Shown here one piece after another: positions 43,837 to 53,600 of a stretch of DNA of 64,000 nucleotides (the first letter of the stretch is position 1; every line of letters begins with the position of its first letter). The notes under the pieces were generated by a model. It did not search any database and was not told the origin of the DNA. It saw only the letters and a program-made list of their open reading frames with translations. The translations under genes and the position numbers were made by a program. The stretch spans positions 82,404-146,403 of the forward strand of contig CALCZR010000060.1 in assembly GCA_937903325.1 (NCBI GenBank), written 5' to 3'. The DNA is from an uncultured Candidatus Saccharibacteria bacterium. GTDB lineage: Bacteria; Patescibacteriota; Saccharimonadia; Saccharimonadales; AWTP1-31.

Positions 43837-43865
43837 TTGACTCCATTTGTACCCCATGAGATACT
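43837..43865 (+). promoter_or_regulatory. Candidate promoter (TTGACT-17-GATACT), second copy of the duplicated block
   Basis: See 41107..41135. The ORF-track start at 43837 is the TTG of this -35 hexamer. Confidence 0.5.
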
Positions 43866-43887
43866 CTACTTAACAATAACCATAAGG

Positions 43888-45480
43888 ATGATGTATATGG
43901 CATTTGCATTAAGTGCTAAACCAAAAACAAAACAAGGTATTCAAAAAAAGATCTCCCTAAAGGATTTCTTTAGTTCGAAAAAACGTAAAGGAATAGCAAT
44001 TGGCGGTGCATTGGCAGTCGCACTTATTGGTGCGTACTTCATATTCTTCGTAGGCGCAGCCCCTAACAACTGTTCTGCAGTAGAGGGTGGTGGTATATGC
44101 GACGTCAACCAGGGTTCTAGCCCCGACGGAGCTGATTCAGTAGTTAGCCTGGGCGATGAAGTCCAAGTCCTGCATGGCAGAGATGGCTGGACAGACTGGG
44201 GAGTAGCATTTAGAGCACCGAACTTCCCACAGAATGGCGCCCGACCATTAGTTCGATTCTTTAACGCATCTATTACCGCTCACTTCATCGTACTAGAAGG
44301 AAGTGATGAATATAATCGTATTGCTGCAGACCCAGGCAACGGCCGTGAAGGAATCGTTGGCTATGGATGGCCTGATGGCAGTCAGCCAGGCACCGTGCCT
44401 ATCTACCGTGTAGTGCGTAAACCACTTTGGTTCATGACACTATATGTTGACAACCAAAACGCCCTGAACTATTTTGTTAACCAAACAGATGGTTCATATA
44501 CAGACGGAGGTGTTAACTTCTACGCATACCCAGGTTCATACTTCCCACCAGTACCCGTATCTGCAGCTATACCAGCTAAGGATACTGACTGTGCAAATCA
44601 GAACCTTAAGGTTGGCGACGTTGGAGCTTGTGTACAGCAACATAAGGGCGTGCTCAACAAGTTCGTAAGCGTTACTGGCGGTACTAACCTGCTCGACGCC
44701 AATAATAATACGTTCGACAACACAACAAGCGACTACACCAAGGTATTTGTTGTCTCCCTGCAACAAAAGGGCGTCAACGTACAGACCTTTAGTGGGATCG
44801 TAACTAAAGAAATATGGGACGCACTCGCAGCAGGTTATCCAGCAGCATTGCCACCAAACCGACCTGCACCAGGCGCCACAACTCCTGCGCCTCAGGCCCC
44901 ACAGACACCTGCTCCAACTGATCCAGCCAAGACAAATACGACACCACCAAAGAAAGAGGAGAAATCCCAAGGCCCTGGCCAGAAAGTTGTAACTCCCGTT
45001 GTTGAGCCTACTGCCGGAAGCAAGGGCGGTGGTGGAGGCGGCAGCCCCGTAGTTGTCGAAGCACCAAAGACCCCTAGCTGTAATAAGGCAACCGTACTCG
45101 GCGATATTAAGTCCGTTGAAGATTACACAAATAACATCGCCAATGCCCTTAACAAATTCTTCGTCATTACGGTAAAGCGCCCTGATACGAGTGGTGGTCA
45201 ATCACTCATCGAGCAATCACAAAGTATTAAGGTTCAGTACACAATCCTCCGAGCACAAATACAAGCCTCTAAGAACGCGGTCGTAAGCGACCAATGTGAA
45301 TCAGCACGGAGTGCTATCCTACAGGCTCACAAGGTCTCAACAAACCTTGCCGACAAGAGTAACACCTTCCTGAAGCAGCTTATTGCATCTAGCATACTGC
45401 CAGCAGGAGATCCAATCGTAGTGATCAACCGTCTTGTACCCGGCCTCAACTACAAACAAATTCAATTTAAGCTTCAATAA
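43888..45480 (+). CDS. Secreted protein with one peptidoglycan-binding-like module and a Pro-rich linker
   Basis: The start was moved to the ATG cluster at 43888..43899, downstream of the promoter and an AAGGA RBS. A TM/signal (IAIGGALAVALIGAYFIFFVGA) is present. The module is CANQNLKVGDVGACVQQHKGVLNKFV...FSGIVTKEIWDAL. Confidence 0.55.
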   Translation: MMYMAFALSAKPKTKQGIQKKISLKDFFSSKKRKGIAIGGALAVALIGAYFIFFVGAAPNNCSAVEGGGICDVNQGSSPDGADSVVSLGDEVQVLHGRDGWTDWGVAFRAPNFPQNGARPLVRFFNASITAHFIVLEGSDEYNRIAADPGNGREGIVGYGWPDGSQPGTVPIYRVVRKPLWFMTLYVDNQNALNYFVNQTDGSYTDGGVNFYAYPGSYFPPVPVSAAIPAKDTDCANQNLKVGDVGACVQQHKGVLNKFVSVTGGTNLLDANNNTFDNTTSDYTKVFVVSLQQKGVNVQTFSGIVTKEIWDALAAGYPAALPPNRPAPGATTPAPQAPQTPAPTDPAKTNTTPPKKEEKSQGPGQKVVTPVVEPTAGSKGGGGGGSPVVVEAPKTPSCNKATVLGDIKSVEDYTNNIANALNKFFVITVKRPDTSGGQSLIEQSQSIKVQYTILRAQIQASKNAVVSDQCESARSAILQAHKVSTNLADKSNTFLKQLIASSILPAGDPIVVINRLVPGLNYKQIQFKLQ

Positions 45481-45489
45481 GGAGTAGCA

Positions 45490-45756
45490 ATGCGTCAAAG
45501 AAAATTACTCATAATCATCGTTGTTGTAGCAGCTATTGCAGGTGCCGGCTACTTATTCACCAAGAAGGACTCCACTAGACCAGCTGTCGCTGAAGACAAA
45601 CCCATAACAAACCAACAAGAGTTTGAGAGCCTCAAGAAGGAACGAGAGGCAGGTGTTGAGGAGCCCGTAAGCGACCAAGCTACGGCAGAGAAAGCTCAGC
45701 AAGAACTACAGGCACAAGTAGATAATCCGCCAAAAATGGAGAGTGAGCAAAACTAG
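45490..45756 (+). CDS. Small membrane-anchored protein (88 aa)
   Basis: It has an N-terminal TM helix and a charged tail. Confidence 0.4.
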   Translation: MRQRKLLIIIVVVAAIAGAGYLFTKKDSTRPAVAEDKPITNQQEFESLKKEREAGVEEPVSDQATAEKAQQELQAQVDNPPKMESEQN

Positions 45757-45777
45757 CTCATACTAACATTTACTAAC

Positions 45778-45808
45778 AAAAAAGACTCCCGATTGGGAGT
45801 CTTTTCAT
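45778..45808. terminator. Bidirectional intrinsic terminator between convergent genes
   Basis: AAAAGACTCCC-GATT-GGGAGTCTTTT is an 11-bp perfect stem flanked by an A-run and a T-run. Confidence 0.7.
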
Positions 45809-45874
45809 TTGGAGCGGTCAGTCACGATCCGTCTTTTCCGCTCTAGCTTAGCACATTCTTGCTAAGCAGGCAAC

Positions 45875-48142
45875 TTAGGCTTCTTTGCGAGCAAAGTATA
45901 GCTTGTGGAGCATTGCGCCGACTAAGCTAGTTGCTGCGAAGATACCGAAGATGTTGCCTGCACCAGTGTTTGGAAGAACAGTTGGTGTAGTAGGAGGTGT
46001 TACAGGAGTGCTGGTTAGAGTCACTGGAGCTGCACACTTATCGCTATCTACCGTCTTGTTCTCACCGTCTACGGTGAAGGTGATTACTGCACGGGTTACG
46101 AATGTACCATCTTTGCTGTAAGTATGAGTAGCGGTTGTACCGTTAGTCATGAACTTAGCGCTGCCGTCACCGAAGTCGATGGTAGCGAACTTGTAGTTTG
46201 CGCCATTGTTTGCAGTGAACTTAACAGTGTAGCGGTACTGACGATCTGCAATCTTCTCTACAGTAAGTAGATCACAGTCGTACTTAGGAGTAACCTTAGG
46301 AGCAATTTCGATCTCTGTGTTACAAGCAGGAGCGGTAGCAGTCTTCTCTACGCCGTTTACTGTAAAGGTAACTGTAGCGTTGATCTTGTAAGTACCGTCC
46401 TTAGCGTAGGTGTGTTCAGCAGTTGCAGAACCAGTAGTTACGCCAGTGCCATCGCCGTATGTGTACTTCACATTCTTGAAGGTTGCACCGTTACGAGCAG
46501 TGTAAGTAGTTGTAAATCGGTACTTGTTGTCACCAATCTTAGAGGTAGTCAACAGGTCACAACGATATTCTGGAGTAGGTACGTTAACCGTAGCGTCGTC
46601 ACAGTCATCTTCGTCGTTAGGGTTGTTAGGGTTAACTTCTGGAGCGTTTACACATGCAGTGTTAACGATGTCACCAGCAACCTCAGCGATTACCTTAGCC
46701 TTGATGTTGATGCTCTCAGAGGCGCCAATAGCGAAGGCAGGAATTGTGTAGGTAAGCTTGTTGCCAGCTACAGAACCTTTGTCAGTGCTCAAGAACTGTA
46801 CGTTTGCAGGAGCGTTGTCGCTCACCTTAACGTTCTTGAGGTCTACATCACCAGTGTTCTTAACAACTAGTTGGTAAGTAAATTCTTGGTTAACGTTTAC
46901 GGTCTTTCGCTCTACACCGTCAACCTTCTTGTCGATACTGACACCAGGGTTCTTAGGTGTTGGGGGGTTACAGTTATCTTTCTTGATGATCACATCAGCG
47001 TCATCACCGATTTCACCCTGTCGCTCAGATCGAACGTATGCAAGGTTACGAACACGTACTTCACACTCGCTAAAGTCACCCTTAACTGTGCTTGCGTACA
47101 TTACGTAGAATCCACCGTTCACATCGTAGTTACCGAAGTTAATACCACCGCCAGGACCACTAAATAGTGATGTGTCATTCTGGGTAGCGTTCTGGTTAAC
47201 ATCAATCCACTTTACAGAGCCACTTACGAGCTGTGTGTTAGGAGCTGCAACGTCACGGACAGTAATGCCCTTGCTGACGCCAGTACCGCCGCTTACAGTT
47301 GTAAGAAGCCATTCAACTTTGTCACCAGGCTTAGCGGCAACTTCTTTTTTCCATTCCTTAGTACCGGCCATACGAACTTGTTTAGTGAATTTCAAGGTTG
47401 GATTTTCACGAACAAGTACTCGAAGTCGAACTTCAACAGTTGCTTCGTATTCGAAACAGCCAGGGAGGTCACCGTTCAGTGCGTTGTAGCCGATAGGAGC
47501 ACCAGTTGTAACAATACTGTCACTAAGAGTTGCGCCGTTTACCGGGCCGTTGCTAAAGATCTTAGCTGAACCGGGGATGTACTCTAGACGGAAAGCCTGA
47601 GTGTCACTGGTGTAGTCAACAGTATCTTCTACAGTACCAGCATTGCTAGCAGAGATATAGCTACGAGTTCGTAGGCTCTGAGTTTCACCAGTTGGTACAA
47701 GTACACGAACCTTAGTATCTTTAGCGATACCCTTGCCTGAAGCGTTAGTACCGGTGTTTGCATTGTTGTGAACGTACATACGTACGATTACTTCTTTACT
47801 ACCGTTAGTTACGTCGGTAACAACGTTCTGGTAAGTAGTAGTGCCGTCAGTCTTACGTGCGTCGGCAAAAGCACGTTCGTCACCAGTACCTGGGGCGTTA
47901 ACGAATGAGTTAAATACAGGACCATTCATTGAACCACATCGGTTACCTGCAGCATCGTCAGCTGGCTGACAATCTTTGCCATTTAGTGGCATACGGTTGT
48001 AGTCATACACTGGACGGTCTGGATAGAACTCAGCCTTAACAACACCAAAAGTTAGGACAGATAGGATAGCAAGAGCTAGGAATACTAGCAGCTTCTTTGG
48101 AGCTTGGCTCACGGTCTTCTTGATTTTGCTAAATAGTTTCAT
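45875..48142 (-). CDS. LPNTG-anchored surface protein with DUF11-like and repeated Ig-like modules
   Basis: A signal peptide is present. VVKNTGDVDLKNVKVSD is DUF11-like. There are two ~85-aa tandem modules (..YRCDLLT..KY(R/Q)(F/Y)T..YTARNGATFK.. and ..YDCDLLT..). The C-terminus is LPNTG plus a hydrophobic stretch plus a basic tail. Confidence 0.75.
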   Translation of the reverse strand: MKLFSKIKKTVSQAPKKLLVFLALAILSVLTFGVVKAEFYPDRPVYDYNRMPLNGKDCQPADDAAGNRCGSMNGPVFNSFVNAPGTGDERAFADARKTDGTTTYQNVVTDVTNGSKEVIVRMYVHNNANTGTNASGKGIAKDTKVRVLVPTGETQSLRTRSYISASNAGTVEDTVDYTSDTQAFRLEYIPGSAKIFSNGPVNGATLSDSIVTTGAPIGYNALNGDLPGCFEYEATVEVRLRVLVRENPTLKFTKQVRMAGTKEWKKEVAAKPGDKVEWLLTTVSGGTGVSKGITVRDVAAPNTQLVSGSVKWIDVNQNATQNDTSLFSGPGGGINFGNYDVNGGFYVMYASTVKGDFSECEVRVRNLAYVRSERQGEIGDDADVIIKKDNCNPPTPKNPGVSIDKKVDGVERKTVNVNQEFTYQLVVKNTGDVDLKNVKVSDNAPANVQFLSTDKGSVAGNKLTYTIPAFAIGASESINIKAKVIAEVAGDIVNTACVNAPEVNPNNPNDEDDCDDATVNVPTPEYRCDLLTTSKIGDNKYRFTTTYTARNGATFKNVKYTYGDGTGVTTGSATAEHTYAKDGTYKINATVTFTVNGVEKTATAPACNTEIEIAPKVTPKYDCDLLTVEKIADRQYRYTVKFTANNGANYKFATIDFGDGSAKFMTNGTTATHTYSKDGTFVTRAVITFTVDGENKTVDSDKCAAPVTLTSTPVTPPTTPTVLPNTGAGNIFGIFAATSLVGAMLHKLYFARKEA

Positions 48143-48153
48143 TGCAATTATCC

Positions 48154-49608
48154 TTATTTATTACCTTTCTTATACCCTGGAGGCGCTGGGATAGTAGCCG
48201 GAGGAACAGTAGTCTCAACGCTAGGTGCAGCCATGATAGTAGTTGCAGGCGCTTCAGTTGGTGCAGGTGCCGCTGTAGTAGCTGGACCTCGACCAATTGT
48301 TGTTGCTGGAGCAGGAATACTAGTTGTAGTCGTATTGGTCTTTACGGTTGTCTCAGTGGCGATAGTACCAGTAGTCTTATCAGGCTTCTGCTCAGCTGGG
48401 CCTTCGCCGGCAACGTCAGGGACTAAAGGAGCCTGGCCGAATGGGTCATTAGGGTTGTATGGTCGGATTCCATCGCTGTACTTTACCTTCTCACCCTTTT
48501 GAGGAGGCATTGTAATAGCTGGTGGTACTTTTGCACCAGGAACGTATTTCTTGACCTTATCAACTTCGGCGTTCCAACAGTCAGCACGTAGTGATGCGTC
48601 CCAAAGCACTTCGGTCTGCTCTTGGTCGTTTCGGGCTGGAAGTACGCAGATCCAGATAATGTCACCTGAGGCTACGAATCGGTCTTCCATGAGCTTAATA
48701 GACTTGCCGTCCTTGTAGTAGGTAGTACCGACGATGTTAGCACCATCTTTAGTGTTTGGATTGCCATCATCAGTAGTGAATGCGATAGGAATGTAGCAAG
48801 CGCCACTTAGAGCTTCGTACACACGATCCATTTTGCCGGCTTTTTCGAAAGCTGCGATAACACGTGCTCGAGCTTCGTCAGTCTTAGGTGTACCACCTTC
48901 AAGCATTTCTCGGATTTCATCAGTATTTTCTAGAACACCATCACCATCACCAACTTTCTTGTCAGTGTTAAATGCAGATGAGCCTGATTCTTGAGGGTTA
49001 GCATTAAAGTCTACGTCTGGTCCAACCTTAACGTCGTCACCATCCATTCCTTCTGTGTGCTCAATGATAGATTTTGCAATCACTTCAGTAACACCCTCAC
49101 CTAGAACAGTAGTCGTAGGCGCTTCTGTAGTCGTGGTCTTCTTTGTATTTGGATCTTGGGTACCAGCCTTCATACCAATAGCCCCGCCATTCCGTATAGG
49201 AGCGGACGTTTCGATACCAGCAGAAGTGTCTGTACAAGCTGCAAGGAGAGCGATAGGGGTAACAGCCAATGTACCGACAGCGATGCTTCTACGTACACGA
49301 GTTGTCCAAGGAATTACAACAGCTTCAACAGGTGCTGCTGGGGCCTGATCTTCAATAGCTACAGGAGCTACGGTAGGTTCAATGTGTGTTCCGTCGCTAA
49401 TCATAGCTTCAACAGATGCACCCATATAGTTCATCTTATTGTTATTGCCTTTATTGGCGTGGTCAGCAACAGCGGCTGCTTGCATTCCAAATCCAGCTAC
49501 TTCTGCTTGTTCCTTCCCGATCATTGGCTCTGCCATATCTTGAATCTCCTTGGGGATATTCCCCTGGTTACTCCAGACTACCCCTCTCAAGGTAGCCCAC
49601 CTTTTCAA
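48154..49608 (-). CDS. Putative lipoprotein with Thr/Pro/Ala-rich regions
   Basis: A lipobox-like ..IALLAAC|TD lies ~115 aa from the first ATG. The true start is uncertain: the promoter at 49616..49644 would make the first ATG nearly leaderless. Confidence 0.5.
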   Translation of the reverse strand: MKRWATLRGVVWSNQGNIPKEIQDMAEPMIGKEQAEVAGFGMQAAAVADHANKGNNNKMNYMGASVEAMISDGTHIEPTVAPVAIEDQAPAAPVEAVVIPWTTRVRRSIAVGTLAVTPIALLAACTDTSAGIETSAPIRNGGAIGMKAGTQDPNTKKTTTTEAPTTTVLGEGVTEVIAKSIIEHTEGMDGDDVKVGPDVDFNANPQESGSSAFNTDKKVGDGDGVLENTDEIREMLEGGTPKTDEARARVIAAFEKAGKMDRVYEALSGACYIPIAFTTDDGNPNTKDGANIVGTTYYKDGKSIKLMEDRFVASGDIIWICVLPARNDQEQTEVLWDASLRADCWNAEVDKVKKYVPGAKVPPAITMPPQKGEKVKYSDGIRPYNPNDPFGQAPLVPDVAGEGPAEQKPDKTTGTIATETTVKTNTTTTSIPAPATTIGRGPATTAAPAPTEAPATTIMAAPSVETTVPPATIPAPPGYKKGNK

Positions 49609-49615
49609 TGTGTTC

Positions 49616-49644
49616 TACTTTACCACAAGCATATGCTTATGTCA
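49616..49644 (-). promoter_or_regulatory. Candidate promoter TTGACA-17-TAAAGT with a 12-bp palindrome in the spacer
   Basis: On the minus strand, TTGACA is at 49644..49639 and TAAAGT at 49621..49616. The perfect palindrome AAGCATATGCTT at 49626..49637 lies between them. Confidence 0.5.
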
Positions 49645-49760
49645 ATACTTTTTGACATGTTTCTTAACTAAGCACAAGCGTAATACACCTTACCGCAATT
49701 ACAGTAGTAAATTACCATTCACTAGAAAGAGAACAATGTAAGATTTCTTATACCGGAATT

Positions 49761-51272
49761 CTACTTCTTAGGCGCCAGCATTTTAGCCTTAGGGAAGGTA
49801 AATCCGAAGGTACTACCCTTGCCTTCTTCACTCTTGAAGATAATAGCCCCACCTTGAGCGATAATAACCTTCTTAGCCATAAACAAGCCGAGGCCAGTGC
49901 CATCTGGTCGAGCCTTCTTAGCATTATCTGCTCGGAAGAACTTAGAGAACAGATGTGGCTGCTCCTCTTTAGGTACGCCTAGACCGTCATCTACTACGGT
50001 AAATTCTATGCTGTTACCGACGTCTTTTAAAGCAACCTGGATATGCCCGTCGTTCTGCGTGTAATGCAGGGCGTTATCTGTAAAGTTCATAATAACCTGT
50101 CGCACTTTGGTTTCGTCCAACAGAAGGAGTGGGAACTTCTTTGGTTTGGTATACGTAAGGGTTTGGCCCTTGGTTCTTGCCGTCTCTTTAAGCTGATCCA
50201 TCTCTGTTTGGACCACATCTGCTAGCTGAGTGGGTTTGTTTTCGATCACAAACTTACCAGTTCGGAGTCTGGATACGTTTAAGAGGTCAGCAATGAGGTA
50301 GACCATGCTCTGGGAACTGGCAAATGCCTGTCCTAACAGATCACGTTGCTGCTTATTCAGTTTGCCGGCGTCGCCTTCGATAACCATACTTACATACCCT
50401 TTAACAGAGGTCAGTGGAGTTCGGAGCTGGTGAGATGCCATGCTAATGAATTCATCTTTGGCTTCATCAAGGGCGCGGAGTTTCTCATTGGTCTTTTGGA
50501 GCTTCTTAAGTACTTGTTGGTTCTCCTCAAACAGTAGGCGGTTATCTATAGCAACACCTACAGCGTCACTTAAACGCCCTACCAGATTAGTTTCATCTTC
50601 CGTAAGAGTACTAATGGCGTTGGTGTAGCCAATGACCATAACACCTACTAGTAGCTGCCTTGCATGGAGTTTTACGATATATAAGCCCTTGAGCGGTGCT
50701 TCAAAGAGCTCTTTCAGATCTGTTGCAGTCATGCCGATCTGGTGTAAATCAGGCTGGTCAGATAGCAGGCTCAGCTTTAGTTCACGTTGAGAGCCCTTAA
50801 GCCAAGCACTGTCTACATCTAGGATAAGTGACGGTATTGGAGGTAAAACCGGCTCTGGGGGCTCTACGGGGGCCACAGAAGGGACATTTTTAGCAATATC
50901 GAGATCCTTAGGTTCCTCTGCTTCCACAGTTTCGGCAGGAATTTCAGTGCTTTCCTGTCCTCCACTACTGCGGCCTACTAACGACAGATCGAATCTGTTT
51001 ACCTGCTTAGAGAATATAGCTACGTGGGGGAAGTTACTGTTTGCGGTGACAGCGTCGGCAATCTGTTGGCTCAGCTGTTTTAGAGAAGCCTGGCTCTCCA
51101 GCACAATGGTATCTATGGCACGCAACAGAGACAATGTACGGTTTGTACTAACCAACTCCAGGTTTTTACGGTACATCTCTTGAGTAACGTGCTCAAGATC
51201 TTGTTCTAGCCGCTTTCGTTTGGTTGTAAATGCCCTGTTTTTTAAGCTTTTCTTTGTTTGTTCTTCCGCCAC
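49761..51272 (-). CDS. Cytoplasmic sensor histidine kinase
   Basis: The H-box is SHQLRTPLTSVKGY. The N/G boxes are ..NALHYT.., DDGLGVP and GTGLGLFMAKK. No TM helix was seen. Confidence 0.85.
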   Translation of the reverse strand: MAEEQTKKSLKNRAFTTKRKRLEQDLEHVTQEMYRKNLELVSTNRTLSLLRAIDTIVLESQASLKQLSQQIADAVTANSNFPHVAIFSKQVNRFDLSLVGRSSGGQESTEIPAETVEAEEPKDLDIAKNVPSVAPVEPPEPVLPPIPSLILDVDSAWLKGSQRELKLSLLSDQPDLHQIGMTATDLKELFEAPLKGLYIVKLHARQLLVGVMVIGYTNAISTLTEDETNLVGRLSDAVGVAIDNRLLFEENQQVLKKLQKTNEKLRALDEAKDEFISMASHQLRTPLTSVKGYVSMVIEGDAGKLNKQQRDLLGQAFASSQSMVYLIADLLNVSRLRTGKFVIENKPTQLADVVQTEMDQLKETARTKGQTLTYTKPKKFPLLLLDETKVRQVIMNFTDNALHYTQNDGHIQVALKDVGNSIEFTVVDDGLGVPKEEQPHLFSKFFRADNAKKARPDGTGLGLFMAKKVIIAQGGAIIFKSEEGKGSTFGFTFPKAKMLAPKK

Positions 51273-51357
51273 CCAAATCGCCCTTTGCTAGTTCTGCTTA
51301 CGTTTATAGATACTACTGTAGCGATTTTGACTGTTTTTCGCCAGTTAAACACTGGGA

Positions 51358-51705
51358 CTAGATCGTAACTTCCTTCCACACGATTTCTACAGCATCAAAG
51401 AACTTCTTAGTAAACTCACCTGCTTCACTAACAGAAAAGGGCTTACAGGTATAGCAGTCCACCGTAAAAAGCGGCAAGTCAGTCGGGTATGAATAAAAAG
51501 CCGCCCCCGAGCTCTTCCAGTGTATCCAGCCCCCAAAACCCATGTCATGCGCCGAATAAGCATAGGGGCCTGAGAGTTTCTCCATACCAGTTACTTCAGC
51601 AAGTGCATCTAGATACTCCTTAATCTGTTCTGGCTGGACAATCTCTTTGGTTGTTCCTTCAATAATAACTCGCTGTCGTACTAGGTCGGGTGCAAGATTT
51701 TTCAT
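51358..51705 (-). CDS. S-adenosylmethionine-decarboxylase-related (SpeH-like) small protein
   Basis: Its size and ..GGWIHWKSSGAAFYSYPTD..FTVDCYTCKPF.. resemble the ..ESHISIHTWPE...D.FTCG.. pattern. This is a weak call. Confidence 0.4.
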   Translation of the reverse strand: MKNLAPDLVRQRVIIEGTTKEIVQPEQIKEYLDALAEVTGMEKLSGPYAYSAHDMGFGGWIHWKSSGAAFYSYPTDLPLFTVDCYTCKPFSVSEAGEFTKKFFDAVEIVWKEVTI

Positions 51706-52118
51706 CGTCTCTCCTTATTAGCTTTTAGTAACAAATCACCTGTTTTTGGTGTCAATTGCAGGCTTAATGCTTCATCAATATCCTTCCAAGCAACTAGCGC
51801 CGTGCCATCCTTAGCCATAGGCTCCCCCCTGTAAAGCTTCGCGGTGTAAACGACATAAAGTACGCATTTCTCTCCTCTTACTACAATATCATTCGTCAGG
51901 GGCTTGAGGTCGGTAATTTCTATGCCAACCTCTTCCATACACTCACGCTCCAAGGCAGCCTCTAGTCTCTCATCATCTTTCTCAACAGTACCACCAGGGA
52001 TACCCCAATACCCAGGAAAAACCTCTTCATCAGCTGCGCGCTTAATTAGCAAGAAAGTATTATCGTTGCCCAGTATTATCACACTGACATTCACGCCCAT
52101 CATATTATCACGCATCAA
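51702..52118 (-). CDS. NUDIX hydrolase
   Basis: The Nudix box is GGTVEKDDERLEAALERECMEEVGIE. Confidence 0.8.
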   Translation of the reverse strand: MMRDNMMGVNVSVIILGNDNTFLLIKRAADEEVFPGYWGIPGGTVEKDDERLEAALERECMEEVGIEITDLKPLTNDIVVRGEKCVLYVVYTAKLYRGEPMAKDGTALVAWKDIDEALSLQLTPKTGDLLLKANKERR

Positions 52119-53592
52119 TCTTTAACCCTTTTCTTAGCTGACTCATAGTGTACTTACTGTAGGGTACTAATCCCTGTTGCTGTAAGCCCTGATTGTAACA
52201 AATAGCAGCCGTCAGAGATACACTTACTAAATGAGAGCTTAATTCTGACTCCGACACACTATTGCCGAGCAATTCTCTTAGCGTGCGTAGGCGTGCGTGT
52301 TCGTTATGCCCGAGGTAACCTTTGCTCTTCCTATGGTTAGCTGCGTGTCTATCGCCAAATTTAATGAGCTCGAAGGGCTTCCCCCCTAACAGATTCGAGT
52401 TTCTAAAAATATAGATATCAAAATGATCTTTCCCGCCGACTGACTGCTTATCTTGAGTATACTCGTGTTCTTGTGATTCTTGATATGAGTGCACTTGAAG
52501 ATTCAGCAAGGGACCAACATGAATATTGACTGATTCGTGGCGTACCCTGCCGTTACTTTTGTACGTATCTTTAGGCAGTTCTGTCCAAGAACGCTGTGAA
52601 AAGCCTGATTGCATAAGAGACATCTGGGCAGTAGTAACAACTTTATCTCCTTTAGAGAACTGTATCTGACTGTAGTTGTCTAGCTCTCCGAATGTCGACA
52701 TAACGTCCAATGACTTTTTTTGAGAATACTGAGCAAAGCCCTTTTCACTAAACAACGTCTCGTAATCTTTTGGCTGTACAAGCGAAATATGGTCAATTGG
52801 TCTCAGGAATTGATTAAAAACGGAAACACTGTCCGGACGCTTCGTTGTTAGTTGCCGATTGATTCCCTCTATCCTCGTTAGTAAATCTACAAAATGGTAT
52901 CCGGAATGCATGAGTTTCCCATAGCCGTACTTATACGGATGGTTCTCTCTACTAAAGTACTCGTCGGGCATATTCCACATACCATCCGAATGATGAATAT
53001 TGATGTAGGTTATCGGCACACCGTACTCAGCAACAACGTCGTTCAGGCACTTAAGCACCTGGCTGTAACCTTCGTGGTTACGTCGCTGGGCCTGAACTAG
53101 AACGCGTGATGCAGGATACTGTTTGCTTAAATTTATCAGTTCAGTTACATCACTAACTATTTGATTCGAAGCCTTACGTACTTGATCTATGCTAGAAGAC
53201 ATAAGTCCCGCAGGAGAAGTAATGGGTTTATCGACCAGGACCGCCAGACTCTTTTTAATGCAGGTTGTCAGGTATGCTTTATGGGATTTCGGTTCGCTGG
53301 AAATAATAACGTGCGTTATGTTTAGCTCGTCAAGCAGTCGGTCAAATTCTGGATCAGTCTTGAGGGGATGAATCTGCTCCTTTGTGTTAAGCAAAAGTAT
53401 CTTATCAGGCTGAGCCGGCTGTCCATGTAAGTATTCACGTATGGTGTCCTTCTTGTTTTCTAGGTCCACCACCAATTTAATAGACAGCTTTCCTTCTTCA
53501 TGTAATGAGGCGAGGAATGGGTAGTAGATACGCCTTGCATGTGGACCAAGTCCGACAAGGGCTACATTAATCTGTTGTGGCTTGCTTGTCAT
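52108..53592 (-). CDS. Rossmann-fold (Gfo/Idh/MocA-like N-terminus) protein, function unknown
   Basis: The N-terminus ..INVALVGLGPHARRIYYPFL.. is a dinucleotide-binding-type motif. The rest is unassigned. Confidence 0.35.
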   Translation of the reverse strand: MTSKPQQINVALVGLGPHARRIYYPFLASLHEEGKLSIKLVVDLENKKDTIREYLHGQPAQPDKILLLNTKEQIHPLKTDPEFDRLLDELNITHVIISSEPKSHKAYLTTCIKKSLAVLVDKPITSPAGLMSSSIDQVRKASNQIVSDVTELINLSKQYPASRVLVQAQRRNHEGYSQVLKCLNDVVAEYGVPITYINIHHSDGMWNMPDEYFSRENHPYKYGYGKLMHSGYHFVDLLTRIEGINRQLTTKRPDSVSVFNQFLRPIDHISLVQPKDYETLFSEKGFAQYSQKKSLDVMSTFGELDNYSQIQFSKGDKVVTTAQMSLMQSGFSQRSWTELPKDTYKSNGRVRHESVNIHVGPLLNLQVHSYQESQEHEYTQDKQSVGGKDHFDIYIFRNSNLLGGKPFELIKFGDRHAANHRKSKGYLGHNEHARLRTLRELLGNSVSESELSSHLVSVSLTAAICYNQGLQQQGLVPYSKYTMSQLRKGLKIDA

Positions 53593-53600
53593 ATAGTTTT

